Assembly (NCBI GenBank): GCA_963813815.1
Contig: CAWFAD010000012.1
Location: forward strand, 64,001-128,000
Source: an uncultured bacterium
GTDB taxonomy: Bacteria > Krumholzibacteriota > Krumholzibacteriia > Krumholzibacteriales > Krumholzibacteriaceae
Length of the DNA stretch: 64,000 bases
Direction: 5' to 3'
This document shows positions 1-10,580 of the stretch, piece after piece; the first letter of the stretch is position 1, and every line of letters begins with the position of its first letter. Made by a program: the position numbers and the translations under genes. The notes beneath the pieces were generated by a model that searched no databases, had not been told where the DNA came from, and saw nothing but the letters and a program-made list of their open reading frames with translations.

Positions 1-528
1 GTTGCGGGCCGCGACGAGCTTGTCCGGCTCGCTCGCCGACACGACGAGGATGCCGTACGTTCCCTCGACCTTCTCGAGCGCCTTCCGCACGGCGACCTCG
101 AGATCGCAGCCGGTGTAGTACTTCTCGATGAGGTGCACGAGCGTTTCCGTATCCGTCTCCGTGACGAACCGGTGATTCTCCGCGATGAGGGATTTCTTGA
201 GCGTCGAGTAGTTCTCGATGATGCCGTTGTGAATGAGCGCGATCCGGCCGCTGCAATCGAAATGCGGATGGGCGTTCGTGCGGTTCGGCTCGCCGTGCGT
301 GGCCCAGCGGGTATGCGCTATGCCCACGCTGCCCGAGAGATCCATTCCCCGGAGCTTCTCCTCGAGCTGGCTGATCTTACCCGCCGTTTTCTCGTACACG
401 AGCCCGCCGTCGCGCGCGATCGCGATCCCGGCGGAGTCGTATCCCCGGTACTCGAGCCGCTTGAGCCCCTCGATGAGAATCGCGCCGACGTTCTTGCTCT
501 TTCCGATGTACCCGATAATTCCGCACAT
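1..528 (-). CDS. glmS: Glutamine--fructose-6-phosphate aminotransferase, N-terminal part (runs off the window start)
   Basis: Manual translation from the ATG at 528 gives MCGIIGYIG...EGLKRLEYRGYDSAG...GIAHTRWATHG...NAHPH...HNGIIEN, the class II glutamine amidotransferase motifs. It lies next to glmM and is absent from the ORF track because it is truncated. Confidence 0.95.
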   Translation of the reverse strand, partial: MCGIIGYIGKSKNVGAILIEGLKRLEYRGYDSAGIAIARDGGLVYEKTAGKISQLEEKLRGMDLSGSVGIAHTRWATHGEPNRTNAHPHFDCSGRIALIHNGIIENYSTLKKSLIAENHRFVTETDTETLVHLIEKYYTGCDLEVAVRKALEKVEGTYGILVVSASEPDKLVAARN

Positions 529-601
529 CTCGACACCTCGAATCGAATATCGCCGGCAAGGCCGGCGCCGACCTACCAACGCGATTGCCGCCCGCGCGGC
601 G

Positions 602-1942
602 TCACGACAGAAGCTTTCCCGCTTCCCTCGCGAGCCGCTCCGCCTCCTCGGCGGATGCCGCCTCCGCGATGACCCTCACCACGGGCTCCGTATTCGACCT
701 GCGCAGATGTATCCACCCCATGGGCATATCAATTCTTATACCATCCGACGCGCAGGCCTCTCCCGGGAAACGCTTTTCCGCTTCTTTTTTCACCCGCTCG
801 AAATCGCCGGCGAACGAGAACTTGTCCTTGACGATGTGGTAGCGCGGGTAGGAGGCGACCTTGTCGGCGAGCGAGACTCCCTCCTCCGCCAGCGCCTGCA
901 GCGCGAGGGCGGCTCCGAGCATCGCGTCGCGGCCGTAGTGGAGGGGCGGATAGATGACCCCACCGTTCCCCTCGCCCCCGATCGCCGCGCTCCGCTCCTT
1001 CATGAGGGCGATGACGTTCGCCTCCCCCACTTTCGACCGAAACACGGGAACGCCGTGCCGCTTTCCCAGATCGTCGATGATGCGCGAGGTCGAGAGGTTC
1101 GCGACGAGCGGTCCCTTTTCCCTCGAGAGCACGAAATCCGCCGCCACGGCGAGCGTGAGCTCCTCGCTGCACACAAACCCCGTCCCGTCGACGAGCACGA
1201 GGCGGTCGGCGTCCGGATCGCACGCGAAGCCGATGTCGGCCCGCTCGCGAACGACCGCGCGAGACAGATCGACGAGGTTCGCCGGACGCGGCTCGGGCTC
1301 GTGTGGGAACGGCTCATCGACGCTCGTGAAGAGCTCCACGACCGTGACGCCGAGCTCCCGGAGCAACGCCGGCAGGATGACGCTCCCCGCGCCGTTCACG
1401 CAGTCGACCACGGCCTTGAAACCCCGCTTCGCGACGCGATCGCGGTCCATGCGTCCGAGCGCGAGAATCCGCCCCACGTGGACGGCGTTTCCCGCCTCGT
1501 TCGCCGCATACCCGCCGAAGGACCGCCTCGCCTCGTACACCGGCGACGCCGCGGCGGAGGTCAGGTCGTCCATCTCCGCGGCCGAGAGAAACTCCCCGCG
1601 GCGGTCCAGAAACTTGAGCGCGTTCCACTCGATGCCGTTGTGGCTCGCCGTGATGATGATCCCGCCCTCGGCCTTGAGCTCGTCGACCATGATCTCGACG
1701 GTCGGGGTCGACGCGATGCCCAGATCGACGGCCGAGCATCCCTCGAAGCGCAGCGCCGAAAACACCGCCGAGGCGAGCGCCGGACCGGAGGGACGGGTGT
1801 CCCGCCCCACGACGACGACGCCGCCGCGGAGCCGCGCGGCGAATGCGGCCGCGTAGCGCAGCGCCGTCCCGGGGTTCATTCCGGGCCCCACGATCCCCCG
1901 CACGCCCGAGACGCCGGCCATGAGATTCGGATTCTGAGCCAT
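602..1942 (-). CDS. glmM: Phosphoglucosamine mutase / phosphohexomutase
   Basis: SGVRG, GRDTR, ITASHN (phosphoserine loop), CDPDADR, GGEGNGG and RSNTEP motifs; upstream of glmS. Likely start at MAQNP (1942). Confidence 0.85.
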   Translation of the reverse strand: MAQNPNLMAGVSGVRGIVGPGMNPGTALRYAAAFAARLRGGVVVVGRDTRPSGPALASAVFSALRFEGCSAVDLGIASTPTVEIMVDELKAEGGIIITASHNGIEWNALKFLDRRGEFLSAAEMDDLTSAAASPVYEARRSFGGYAANEAGNAVHVGRILALGRMDRDRVAKRGFKAVVDCVNGAGSVILPALLRELGVTVVELFTSVDEPFPHEPEPRPANLVDLSRAVVRERADIGFACDPDADRLVLVDGTGFVCSEELTLAVAADFVLSREKGPLVANLSTSRIIDDLGKRHGVPVFRSKVGEANVIALMKERSAAIGGEGNGGVIYPPLHYGRDAMLGAALALQALAEEGVSLADKVASYPRYHIVKDKFSFAGDFERVKKEAEKRFPGEACASDGIRIDMPMGWIHLRRSNTEPVVRVIAEAASAEEAERLAREAGKLLS

Positions 1943-2021
1943 CGACACGCTCCGTCCCGCCACCGCGCCCGCGGCGCCGGGCGGTTTGCATTATACGACA
2001 GCCGCCGCCGAGCCGCATAAG

Positions 2022-2049
2022 AAAAATCCCGGCCGCCGGGCGGCCGGGA
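2022..2049 (-). terminator. Rho-independent terminator after the por operon
   Basis: 10-bp stem tcccggccgc/gcggccggga followed by a U-tract on the minus strand (aaaaa at 2022-2026). Confidence 0.7.
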
Positions 2050-2076
2050 CGATTCGCGGACCCTTCGCGGCGGAGC

Positions 2077-2622
2077 CTATTCCCGCACTTCGGCGTACGC
2101 GCGCATGAACGATTTGAGGTTTCGCGGCCCGACGCGCCCAAAACGCTTCGTGAGGGGTTCCTCGATCGATTCGGGCTTGATGACGCCCGTCATCTTGACC
2201 GCCGCGCCGAGCATCGTCGTGTTCGTAATGGGGCGCCCGAGCTCCTCGACCGCGATTTTCGTCGCGTCGACCGTTGCGACCCGGATATCGGCGTAGCCGA
2301 ACTGTTTCTTGATCTCCTCGGGGCTCTTCGCCGTGTTGACGACGAGAACGCCGCCGGATTTCAGGCCCTTTCGGGGATTCGCGATCCGGAGGAGGCTCTG
2401 GTCGAGCACGATGACGACGTCCGGTTCGTTCACGGCGAACCGGGTCCGGAGAGGCGCATCGTCGACGCGGGAGAACGCGACGACCGGCGCGCCGCGCCGC
2501 TCCGGCCCGAAGCTCGGAAAGCTCTGCGCGTATCTGCCCTCGTTGATGACGGCGACGGCGAGCAACTCGGCGCTCGTCACCGCTCCCTGTCCGCCGCGTC
2601 CGTGAAATCTGATCTCCAGCAT
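2077..2622 (-). CDS. porC: Pyruvate/2-oxoacid:ferredoxin oxidoreductase gamma subunit
   Basis: EIRFHGRGGQGAVT, FPSFGPERRGAPV and NTTMLGA motifs. Confidence 0.9.
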   Translation of the reverse strand: MLEIRFHGRGGQGAVTSAELLAVAVINEGRYAQSFPSFGPERRGAPVVAFSRVDDAPLRTRFAVNEPDVVIVLDQSLLRIANPRKGLKSGGVLVVNTAKSPEEIKKQFGYADIRVATVDATKIAVEELGRPITNTTMLGAAVKMTGVIKPESIEEPLTKRFGRVGPRNLKSFMRAYAEVRE

Positions 2623-2629
2623 GTTCGTC

Positions 2630-3355
2630 CTACTTTTTTGTCGAACGGCAATCGACGCACGTGTCGAAATGATCTTCCGGAAGGTTCGCGATCTTCCGGA
2701 AATACTCGAGCTGTTTCACCGGGGCGAAATGCTTTCCGCAGACCTTGCATGCGGCCATCGGAAAATCCGTCTTCCAGATGCGCCGCACACCGTCGCGCTC
2801 CTCCATCGGAATGACGCCCACCGGACAGATATAGTGGCACGAGCCGCACGCGATGCAATCCTCCGGCGCCTCCTCGAACGGCGTCGCGACGGCGCGCGTG
2901 TCGCCGCGGCTCTTGAATCCGATCGCCGATACCCCCACGACCTCCCGGCAGACGCGAACGCACTGGCCGCAGAGGATGCACCCCTTGAAGTCGACCGGGA
3001 ACATGCTCTTCTCGATCCCGAGGCTCGAGGCGAGCTCGCGGAGGCGCGGATGCGTCGAGTTCCGCGAGAGGAGCAGGTGCAGAACGAGCCGCCGCACGTT
3101 CAGAACGCGCTCGGTCGAGGTATTCACCTCGAGCCCCTCGGCCACCTCGTGGATGCACGAAACGACGAGGCGCTGGCGCTTCTTGTGCGTAACCTCGACC
3201 ATGCAGAGCCGGCAGGCGCCGTACGGATGGAGCTCCTCGTTGCTGCAGAGGTTGGGGATGTCGATGTTGGCGTCGCGCGCGGCGTCGAGAATCGTCGTCC
3301 CCGCCGCGGCCGTCACCCGCCGTCCGTCGATCGTCAGTGTCACCTTGTCCGCCAT
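2630..3355 (-). CDS. NuoG/HydA N-terminal-like Fe-S subunit (BfuA-like; 2Fe-2S plus 4Fe-4S, no catalytic H-cluster or molybdopterin domain)
   Basis: Start MADKVTLTIDG; IPNLC...GACRLCMVEV...SC; CILCGQCVRVC; CIACGSCHYICP; C-terminal CKVC...CVDC. Confidence 0.85.
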   Translation of the reverse strand: MADKVTLTIDGRRVTAAAGTTILDAARDANIDIPNLCSNEELHPYGACRLCMVEVTHKKRQRLVVSCIHEVAEGLEVNTSTERVLNVRRLVLHLLLSRNSTHPRLRELASSLGIEKSMFPVDFKGCILCGQCVRVCREVVGVSAIGFKSRGDTRAVATPFEEAPEDCIACGSCHYICPVGVIPMEERDGVRRIWKTDFPMAACKVCGKHFAPVKQLEYFRKIANLPEDHFDTCVDCRSTKK

Positions 3356-3399
3356 GTCGGTTCCTTTGCCGGGGGCGGCGCGTCCCCGCGCCGCCATCG

Positions 3400-5250
3400 C
3401 TACGAAATGAGTATCGCGTCGAACTTGCAGGCCTCGAAACAGGCCCCGCACTTGATACACGTTTTCTGATCGATCGTATGAGCCTTTTTCTTCTCCCCCG
3501 TTGCCGCCTTCGTCGGGCATACTCGCGCGCACGCCGTGCATCCGGTGCAGGCGTCCGCCGCGACCGTGAAGGCGATGAGCTCCTTGCAGACGCCGGCCGG
3601 GCACTTCCGGTCGCGGATATGCGCGAGGTACTCGTCCTTGAAATGCTTGATGGTGCTCAGCACGGGGAACGGCGCCGTGCCCCCGAGGGCGCAGAGCGAG
3701 CCGTCGATGACCCCCTTGCCGATCCATTCGAGCAGATCGATATCGCTCTCCACTCCCTTGCCCGCGCAGATCCGGTCGAGAATGGCGCGCATCTGGTAGA
3801 CGCCCTCGCGGCACGGCGTGCACTTGCCGCAAGACTCCTGCTCGAGAAACTTGAGGAAATACCTGGCGACGTCCACCATGCAGGTGCGATCGTCCATGAC
3901 GATCATGCCGCCCGAGCCCATCATCGAGCCCACCTTCGAGAGCTCGTCGAAATCGACCGGCATGTCGAGATGCTGCTCGGGGATGCAGCCGCCCGAGGGA
4001 CCGCCCGTTTGTATCGCCTTGAACTTCCGGCCCTTCGGGATGCCGCCGCCGATGCCGAACACGATCTCGCGGAGGGTGATTCCCATGGGGACCTCAACGA
4101 GACCGGTGTTGTTGATCTTGCCGACGAGCGAGAAGATCTTCGTTCCCGTGCTCCCCGCGGTGCCGATCGAGGCGTACCAGTCGGCGCCCTTGCTGATGAT
4201 CGGCGGCACGTTCGCCCACGTTTCGACGTTGTTGAGGCAGGTCGGTTTGTCGTAGAGGCCCCGGTCGGTGGCGTGCACGTACTTCTGACGCGGCTCGCCG
4301 GCCCGCCCTTCGATCGAGGCGAAGAGCGCGGAGGATTCGCCGCAGACGAAGGCGCCGCCGCCGCGGTTGATCTTGATATCGAAGCTGAAATCCGTTCCGA
4401 GGATCCTTTCGCCGAGCAGCCCGTACGCGCGGGCGTTCTCGATCGCAGAGGTGATGTTCGTCACGGCGAGCGGATACTCGTTGCGCACGTAGATGTACCC
4501 GTTGCTCGAGCCGATCGCGAAGGCGCCGATGATCATCCCCTCGAGCACGCTGTGCGGATTGCCCTCGAGGAGGCTTCGATCCATGTAGGCGCCCGGATCC
4601 CCCTCGTCGGCGTTGCAGATGACGTACTTCGGCTCGCCCTCCGCCTTGGCGGTCGATTCCCATTTCCAGCCCGTCATGAAGCCGCCGCCGCCCCGTCCGC
4701 GAAGCTTCGCCCTCGTCACCTCGTTGATGATGTCCCCGGGCTTCATCGCGAGCGCCTTGGCGAGCGCCGCGTAGCCTCCGATGGCGACGTAGTCGTCGAT
4801 GCTCCGCGGATCGATCTGCCCGTTCATGCCGAAGATAAGCCGCATCTGCTTCCGGTAGAAGGGAACGTCGTGCTCGTGGAGGATTTTCTCCTTCGTCACC
4901 GGATCGCGGTACACGAGGCGGTCGATGATTTCGTCCTTGAGCACCGATTTCTCGATGATCTCGCCCGCGTCCTCGGTTTTCACGTGCTGGTAGAATATCT
5001 TCTTCGGCTGGATCACGACAAGCGGTCCGCGCTCGCAGAATCCGTGACAGCCGCTCGTGCGAATCTCGACCTTGTTTCCGAGCCCGCGCTTCTCGATCTC
5101 CGCGCGGAAGTTGTCGATGAGCTTCTGCGTACCGTACGCGAGGCATCCCGTGCCGGCGCATATCACGATGGTCGGCTTTCTCGGGTCGCGCGCGGACGCG
5201 AGCTTCTGCTGGAGCGTCGCGAGCTCTTTCGCCGATTTAAGCTTCTTCAT
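3400..5250 (-). CDS. NuoF/HydB-like NAD(H)/FMN subunit with extra Fe-S domains (BfuB-like)
   Basis: N-terminal 2Fe-2S (CAGTGC...GCHGFC), LRGRGGGGF, CNADEGDPGAYMDR, GAFVCGES, GGPSGG, ESCGKCTPCREG, HIRDRKCPAGVC and two C-terminal 4Fe-4S motifs. Confidence 0.93.
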   Translation of the reverse strand: MKKLKSAKELATLQQKLASARDPRKPTIVICAGTGCLAYGTQKLIDNFRAEIEKRGLGNKVEIRTSGCHGFCERGPLVVIQPKKIFYQHVKTEDAGEIIEKSVLKDEIIDRLVYRDPVTKEKILHEHDVPFYRKQMRLIFGMNGQIDPRSIDDYVAIGGYAALAKALAMKPGDIINEVTRAKLRGRGGGGFMTGWKWESTAKAEGEPKYVICNADEGDPGAYMDRSLLEGNPHSVLEGMIIGAFAIGSSNGYIYVRNEYPLAVTNITSAIENARAYGLLGERILGTDFSFDIKINRGGGAFVCGESSALFASIEGRAGEPRQKYVHATDRGLYDKPTCLNNVETWANVPPIISKGADWYASIGTAGSTGTKIFSLVGKINNTGLVEVPMGITLREIVFGIGGGIPKGRKFKAIQTGGPSGGCIPEQHLDMPVDFDELSKVGSMMGSGGMIVMDDRTCMVDVARYFLKFLEQESCGKCTPCREGVYQMRAILDRICAGKGVESDIDLLEWIGKGVIDGSLCALGGTAPFPVLSTIKHFKDEYLAHIRDRKCPAGVCKELIAFTVAADACTGCTACARVCPTKAATGEKKKAHTIDQKTCIKCGACFEACKFDAILIS

Positions 5251-5746
5251 CGGTTTCTACCTTTTTCCCGAGGGCGGCGAGCACCTTGTTCGTCTTGGCG
5301 ATCGTGATTTGGCCGTGATACTCGTCGTTCACGACGAGTATGGGGCCGAGCGCACAGGCGCCGAGGCAGTTCACCGTCTCAAAGCTGAACTCTCGATCGC
5401 TCGTCGTTTCGCCCGAAGCGATGCCGAGCGTGCGTGCGATGTGGTCAGCGATCTGCGGGGCCCCGCGAACGTGGCACGCCGTTCCGAGACAGAGGCTCAG
5501 GCGGTAGCGGCCTTTCGGCGCGAGACTGAACGCGCGGTAGAAGGTCGCGAGGTGGTACACGAGACTCCGCGTCACGCCGAGACTCTCGACGAGAGCGTCG
5601 AGCGCCTCTCTCGGGAGGTAATTGAACTCCCGCTGGATATCCTGCATGATGGGGATCACGAAGCTCTTGTCGCGCCCGTACCGCGCGACGATCTCGTCGA
5701 CCTTCGCTCCCACGGCATCGTTTCGTTTCGATCGGCTCGCTTCCAT
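5237..5746 (-). CDS. NuoE/HydC-like 2Fe-2S subunit (BfuC-like)
   Basis: ATFYRAF, CLGTACHVRG and NCLGACALGP motifs. Confidence 0.92.
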   Translation of the reverse strand: MEASRSKRNDAVGAKVDEIVARYGRDKSFVIPIMQDIQREFNYLPREALDALVESLGVTRSLVYHLATFYRAFSLAPKGRYRLSLCLGTACHVRGAPQIADHIARTLGIASGETTSDREFSFETVNCLGACALGPILVVNDEYHGQITIAKTNKVLAALGKKVETDEEA

Positions 5747-5795
5747 GGCTCGCTCTTTCCTGAGGTCGTCCTCTCTGCATCGACTCCCGCGCGCG

Positions 5796-6719
5796 CTAGA
5801 GCTCGGCTCTCGCGCGGAGCTTCTCCCATTCCCCCGTGACGCGACTCTGTATCTTCTCGATGAGCTCGGGCGTCAGATGGCGGAACCGCCCCTGAGGCTT
5901 GAGGTAGTCCGCGACCGGCCGCAGCGCGGGAACGTCGACCGTGATTCGGTACCGCCCCTTCTCGACTTCGTAGAGCGGGAACACACCCGTCTCGACGGCC
6001 AGCCGCCCGATCCAGATCGCCTTTTCGCTCGGAAGCCCCCATCCCGTCGGACACACGGAGAGTATATGAATGTAGGCGGGGCCGCCGGCCTTCGCCGCCT
6101 TCTCGACCTTCTTCATGAGATCGAAGGGGTAGCTCGAGCACGCCGTCGCGACGTAGGGGATGCCGTGCGCGGCCGCGATCTCCGGCATGTTCTTCTTCCA
6201 CGTGACCTGCCCGGCCTTTATCTTGCCCGCCGGCGAGGTGGTCGTCGAGGCGCCGAACGGCGTTCCCGAGGATCGCTGCACGCCGGTGTTCATGTAGGCC
6301 TCGTTGTCGTAGCAGACATAGATGAAGCGATGCCCTCGCTCGAATGCGCCCGAAAGCGCCTGCAACCCGATGTCGCTCGTTGCGCCGTCGCCGCCCATGC
6401 CGAGGAAGATCGTCCCCTTCTCGGGGATCGCGCCCTTGCGCACGAGCGCGCGGTAGGCGCCCTCGGCCCCCGTCGCGACCGCCGCGGCGTTTTCGAACGC
6501 GACGTGAATCCAGGGCACTCGCCAGTTGGTGAAGGGGAACGGCGAGGAGATGATCTCCATGCACCCCGTGGCCGAAGCGACGACGACGTTCTGCCCGAGC
6601 GCCTTTGCGACGAGCCGGACGGCGAGCGCTTCCGCGCACCCCTGACAGGCGCGATGTCCCGGGGCGAAGTACTCGCGCTTCGTGACGAGCCTCGAGGCGT
6701 ATACGTTGAGCGATTCCAT
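5796..6719 (-). CDS. porB: Pyruvate:ferredoxin oxidoreductase beta subunit (TPP-binding)
   Basis: [22 protein letters not shown]...[13 protein letters not shown] and CPTGW motifs. Confidence 0.92.
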   Translation of the reverse strand: MESLNVYASRLVTKREYFAPGHRACQGCAEALAVRLVAKALGQNVVVASATGCMEIISSPFPFTNWRVPWIHVAFENAAAVATGAEGAYRALVRKGAIPEKGTIFLGMGGDGATSDIGLQALSGAFERGHRFIYVCYDNEAYMNTGVQRSSGTPFGASTTTSPAGKIKAGQVTWKKNMPEIAAAHGIPYVATACSSYPFDLMKKVEKAAKAGGPAYIHILSVCPTGWGLPSEKAIWIGRLAVETGVFPLYEVEKGRYRITVDVPALRPVADYLKPQGRFRHLTPELIEKIQSRVTGEWEKLRARAEL

Positions 6720-7903
6720 TACTCTCTCACCCCGTAGAAGATATAATCTTCCTGCCGGATCGGCGCGCCGGAAGCGACGAGCTCCTCCGTTTTCGCGTAC
6801 ATCTTGATGAAGTCTTCCGGCGTAACGTCGCGGCCGGCGAATCCCGCGAGGAAATTGGTGATCGCCGGCTTCTGCTTCTGCTCATAGAGCGCCGCGCGGA
6901 TCTCGCTCGCCACCGGCCCGCCGGGACCGCCGTACGATATCGCCCGGTCGATAACGATGAGCTTTTTCACGCCCTTCACCGCGTCGCGGAGCTCGTCGAA
7001 CGGAAACGGGCGCCAGAGGCGAAGCCGTATCTGCCCGACCGGCTTTCCCTGCTCGCGAAGGCGGTCGACCGCGATCGACGCGGTCTCCCCGAAGCTTCCC
7101 ATCGTGACGATCGCCGTCTCGGCTCCGTCCATCTTGTAGGTTTCAACCGACTTGTACGCGCGACCGGTGATCTTCGCGATCTCGTCCCACGCCTTCATGA
7201 TGACCGGCCTCGCGGCGAGGAGCGCCGCGTCCTGCGCCTTTTTCGTTTCGGCAAAAATGTTCGGAATGCCGAAGGCGCCCAGCGTGACGGGAGCGTCGGG
7301 AGTGAGCACGTTGACCGGTTTGAAGGGAGGAAGGTAACGCGCGGCCTGCTCCTTGTCCCAGTACTCGATGGCCTCGATGACGTGCGTCACGATGAACCCG
7401 TCGATGTTGATCATGACCGGTATCGAGACCGCCGGATCTTCGGCGACGCGAAAGGCGTAGAGCACGTGGTCGAAGAGCTCCTGCCCGTTGTCGGCGAACA
7501 CCTGTATCCAGCCGCAGTCGCGCACCGACATCACGTCGGTGTGATCGTTCCAGATGCTCAGGGGTCCCGAAAGCGAGCGGTTCGCGAGGATCATCACGAT
7601 CGGGAGCCGCAGGCTCGCCGCGATGAACACGATCTCGTTCATGAGGGCGAGCCCCTGCGCGCTCGTGCAGGTGAAGGTGCGCGCCCCCATCGCGGAGGAG
7701 CCGCAGCACACGCTCATCGCCGAATGTTCCGATTCGACCGGTATGAACTCGGCGTCGAGCTCTCCCTCGGCGACGAGCTCGGCGAGGTGCTCGACGATGT
7801 GCGTCTGCGGGGTGATCGGATACGCCGCGACGACGTCGACGTTCGCCAGGGCGACCGCCTCCGCCGCGGCGATCGAGTTTTCGATTCCGACGCGTTTCGG
7901 CAT
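6719..7903 (-). CDS. porA: Pyruvate:ferredoxin oxidoreductase alpha subunit
   Basis: [26 protein letters not shown] and IWNDH motifs. Confidence 0.92.
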   Translation of the reverse strand: MPKRVGIENSIAAAEAVALANVDVVAAYPITPQTHIVEHLAELVAEGELDAEFIPVESEHSAMSVCCGSSAMGARTFTCTSAQGLALMNEIVFIAASLRLPIVMILANRSLSGPLSIWNDHTDVMSVRDCGWIQVFADNGQELFDHVLYAFRVAEDPAVSIPVMINIDGFIVTHVIEAIEYWDKEQAARYLPPFKPVNVLTPDAPVTLGAFGIPNIFAETKKAQDAALLAARPVIMKAWDEIAKITGRAYKSVETYKMDGAETAIVTMGSFGETASIAVDRLREQGKPVGQIRLRLWRPFPFDELRDAVKGVKKLIVIDRAISYGGPGGPVASEIRAALYEQKQKPAITNFLAGFAGRDVTPEDFIKMYAKTEELVASGAPIRQEDYIFYGVRE

Positions 7904-8209
7904 TTATTCCTCCGCCTCCTCCGCCATCGAGATGCAGCCCGTGATGCATTCCTGCGCGCAGATGCCGCAACCCTTGCAGTAGTAGAGGTCGGCCTCGAAG
8001 TAGCCTTCCTCATTCTTGCGGACCGCCGCGTCGGGACAGAAGAGGTAACAGACGCCGCACTTGACGCAGCGGGAATGATCCCACAGGGGCCGGATGGAGC
8101 GCCAGTCGCCGGTCCTATACTGCGCGGCGTTGCCGGCGTCGGAGACCGCGCAGCCGATCTCGATGTCTTTCCACCCGAGTTCTTCTTCCGATTTGACCGG
8201 CTTTTTCAT
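7904..8209 (-). CDS. porD: Pyruvate:ferredoxin oxidoreductase delta subunit (2x4Fe-4S)
   Basis: TGDWRSIRP, CVKCGVCYLFCPD and YCKGCGICAQEC motifs. Confidence 0.92.
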   Translation of the reverse strand: MKKPVKSEEELGWKDIEIGCAVSDAGNAAQYRTGDWRSIRPLWDHSRCVKCGVCYLFCPDAAVRKNEEGYFEADLYYCKGCGICAQECITGCISMAEEAEE

Positions 8210-8356
8210 GTCACTCCCCCGCGCTTCAGGGACGAAAAGCCCTCCCGACCCGATTCCCCGCCGTGAACGAAAAAAATTAGGCGAAATATACTCTCTTCGC
8301 CGCGCACCTTCAAGCGGAAACGGCGGGGGCCGCGCCCCCGCCGTCCGCCTGCGAGC

Positions 8357-10315
8357 CTACTGGCGTTCCTCGAGGAGATGCTCGACGACGTGCGGGTCGG
8401 CGAGCGTCGTCGTATCGCCGACCTCGGTGCTGCCGGTCGCGATGACTTTGAGGATGCGACGCATGATCTTGCCGCTGCGCGTCTTCGGGAGCGCGTCGGC
8501 GAACTGTATCTTGTCGGGCTTCGCGATGGGCCCGATCATTTTCGAGACGTGGTTGCGAAGCTCTTCCTTGAGCTTGTCGCTCTTGTCGAACCCGCCGGTG
8601 AGCGTGACGAACGCGTAGAGCCCCTCGCCCTTGATCTCGTGCGGCATCGGCACGACCGCCGCCTCGGCGACCGCCTCGTGGCTCACGAGGGCGCTCTCGA
8701 CTTCCATCGTTCCGATCCGGTGGCCCGAGACGTTGATCACGTCGTCGACGCGGCCCATGAGCCAGAAATAGCCGTCCTCGTCCTTGCGCGCGCCGTCGCC
8801 CGTGAAGTACACGCCCTTGTAGCGGCTGTAGTACTGATCCTGGTACCGCTGGTCGTCGCCCCACACCGTGCGGAGCTGTCCCGGCCACGGCTTCTCGATG
8901 ATGAGATAGCCGCCTTCGTTCGTGTCGCACGGCGAGCCGTCCTCGCGGACGACCTTGGGGAACACGCCCGGGAACGGCAGCGTCGCTGAGCCCGGCTTCA
9001 GCGGGAACGCGCCGGGAAGCGGCGTGATGAGGATGCCGCCCGTTTCCGTCTGCCACCACGTGTCGACGATCGGGCAGCGTTCCTTGCCGATCACCCGGTA
9101 GTACCACATCCAGGCCTCGGGATTGATCGGCTCGCCGACCGAGCCGAGGAGGCGCAGGCTCGAGAGGTCGTTCTTCGCCGGCCATTCGTCGCCGTCGCGC
9201 GCGATCGCGCGGATGGCGGTCGGCGCGGTGTAGAAGACCGACACTTTGTACTTCGAAACAACCTTCCAGAAACGATCCGGCTCGGGATAGCTCGGAACGC
9301 CCTCGAACATGACGGTCGTCGCGCCGTTCGAGAGCGGCCCGTACACGATGTACGAGTGGCCGGTGATCCAGCCGATATCGGCGGTGCACCAGTAGATGTC
9401 TTCCTCGCGCAGATCGAAGATGAGCTTGTTCGTCATGGTCACGTACACGAGATAGCCGCCCGTCGTGTGGACGACGCCCTTCGGCTTGCCCGTCGTGCCG
9501 CTCGTGTAGAGAATGAACGAGAGGTCCTCGGCTTCGACGTGCGTCGGCTCGCAGGTTTCGGAGACCTTCGCCATCTCCTCGTGCCACCAGAAGTCTTTGC
9601 CCTTGTTCATCGTGACATCGAGCCCCGTGCGCTTGACGACGATCACGTGCTCGATCGTCGGGCAGGCGCCGAGAACGGAATCGGCTCCGGTCTTGAGCGG
9701 CACAGCCTTGCCCCGGCGGTAGCTCCCGTCGCTCGTGATGAGCATCTTGGCGCCCGCGTCGATGATGCGGTCCTTGAGCGATTCGGCGCTGAAGCCGCCG
9801 AACACGATCGAGTGGATCGCGCCGATGCGCGTGCAGGCGAGCATCGCGATCGCGAGCTCGGGGATCATCGGAAGGTACAGGTTGACCCGATCGCCCTTCT
9901 TGATCCCGTGCGCCTTGAGGACGTTCGCGAACTTGCTGACCTCGCGATGGAGCTCCTTGTACGTGTACTTTTTCGAATCGGTGAGCGGCTCGCCTTCCCA
10001 GATGAGGGCGATCTTGTCGCCCTTCGTCTTGAGGTGCCGGTCGAGGCAGTTATAAGAGATGTTGGTCGTGCCGCCGGAGAACCATTTCACGAAGGGGGCT
10101 TTGCCGTAGTCGAGCACCTTGTCCCACTTCTTGAACCAGTGAATACAGTTCGCCTGCTCGGCCCAGAAACCCTCGAGATCCTTCTCGGATTTGCCGTAGA
10201 GCTTCTTGTACTCATCCATGCTCTTGATGTGAGCCTTCTCGACGAAGCTCTTCGGGGGATTGAAAACCCGGCGCTCATCGAGCATCGAAGTGATGGTTTT
10301 CCTCTCCGCTGCCAT
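8357..10315 (-). CDS. acs: Acetyl-CoA synthetase (AMP-forming)
   Basis: [45 protein letters not shown] and [12 protein letters not shown] motifs. Confidence 0.95.
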   Translation of the reverse strand: MAAERKTITSMLDERRVFNPPKSFVEKAHIKSMDEYKKLYGKSEKDLEGFWAEQANCIHWFKKWDKVLDYGKAPFVKWFSGGTTNISYNCLDRHLKTKGDKIALIWEGEPLTDSKKYTYKELHREVSKFANVLKAHGIKKGDRVNLYLPMIPELAIAMLACTRIGAIHSIVFGGFSAESLKDRIIDAGAKMLITSDGSYRRGKAVPLKTGADSVLGACPTIEHVIVVKRTGLDVTMNKGKDFWWHEEMAKVSETCEPTHVEAEDLSFILYTSGTTGKPKGVVHTTGGYLVYVTMTNKLIFDLREEDIYWCTADIGWITGHSYIVYGPLSNGATTVMFEGVPSYPEPDRFWKVVSKYKVSVFYTAPTAIRAIARDGDEWPAKNDLSSLRLLGSVGEPINPEAWMWYYRVIGKERCPIVDTWWQTETGGILITPLPGAFPLKPGSATLPFPGVFPKVVREDGSPCDTNEGGYLIIEKPWPGQLRTVWGDDQRYQDQYYSRYKGVYFTGDGARKDEDGYFWLMGRVDDVINVSGHRIGTMEVESALVSHEAVAEAAVVPMPHEIKGEGLYAFVTLTGGFDKSDKLKEELRNHVSKMIGPIAKPDKIQFADALPKTRSGKIMRRILKVIATGSTEVGDTTTLADPHVVEHLLEERQ

Positions 10316-10580
10316 CTGCTACCTCCTGTAGGGTTTCCGTTCGCTCGCAGGATTATCGTTTCAGTCGGATACATGGTCGCGCAAAACGCGGCACTAAACG
10401 CTTGAATTTATTGAGATACTCCGCAAATGTCAAGACAAAATCGGTTTGGCGAATGGGGGTTCCGCAAACCTCTGGAAACGAATCCCCAGCCGGTATATAC
10501 TCTCACACTGCGGCGTTCGAGCGGCCCGTACCGGGCATGCAACGCCCTCCGCGAAACGGGACGCCGCGCCGCGAACGACC

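Noticed and set aside
529..601. Possible glmS ribozyme upstream of glmS
   Set aside because: The intergenic gap is only about 73 bp and shows no recognisable ribozyme core.
2630..5746. Calling either NuoEFG-like module a complex I or an [FeFe]-hydrogenase
   Set aside because: There are no membrane nuo genes and no H-cluster motifs; both A subunits stop after the Fe-S domains.
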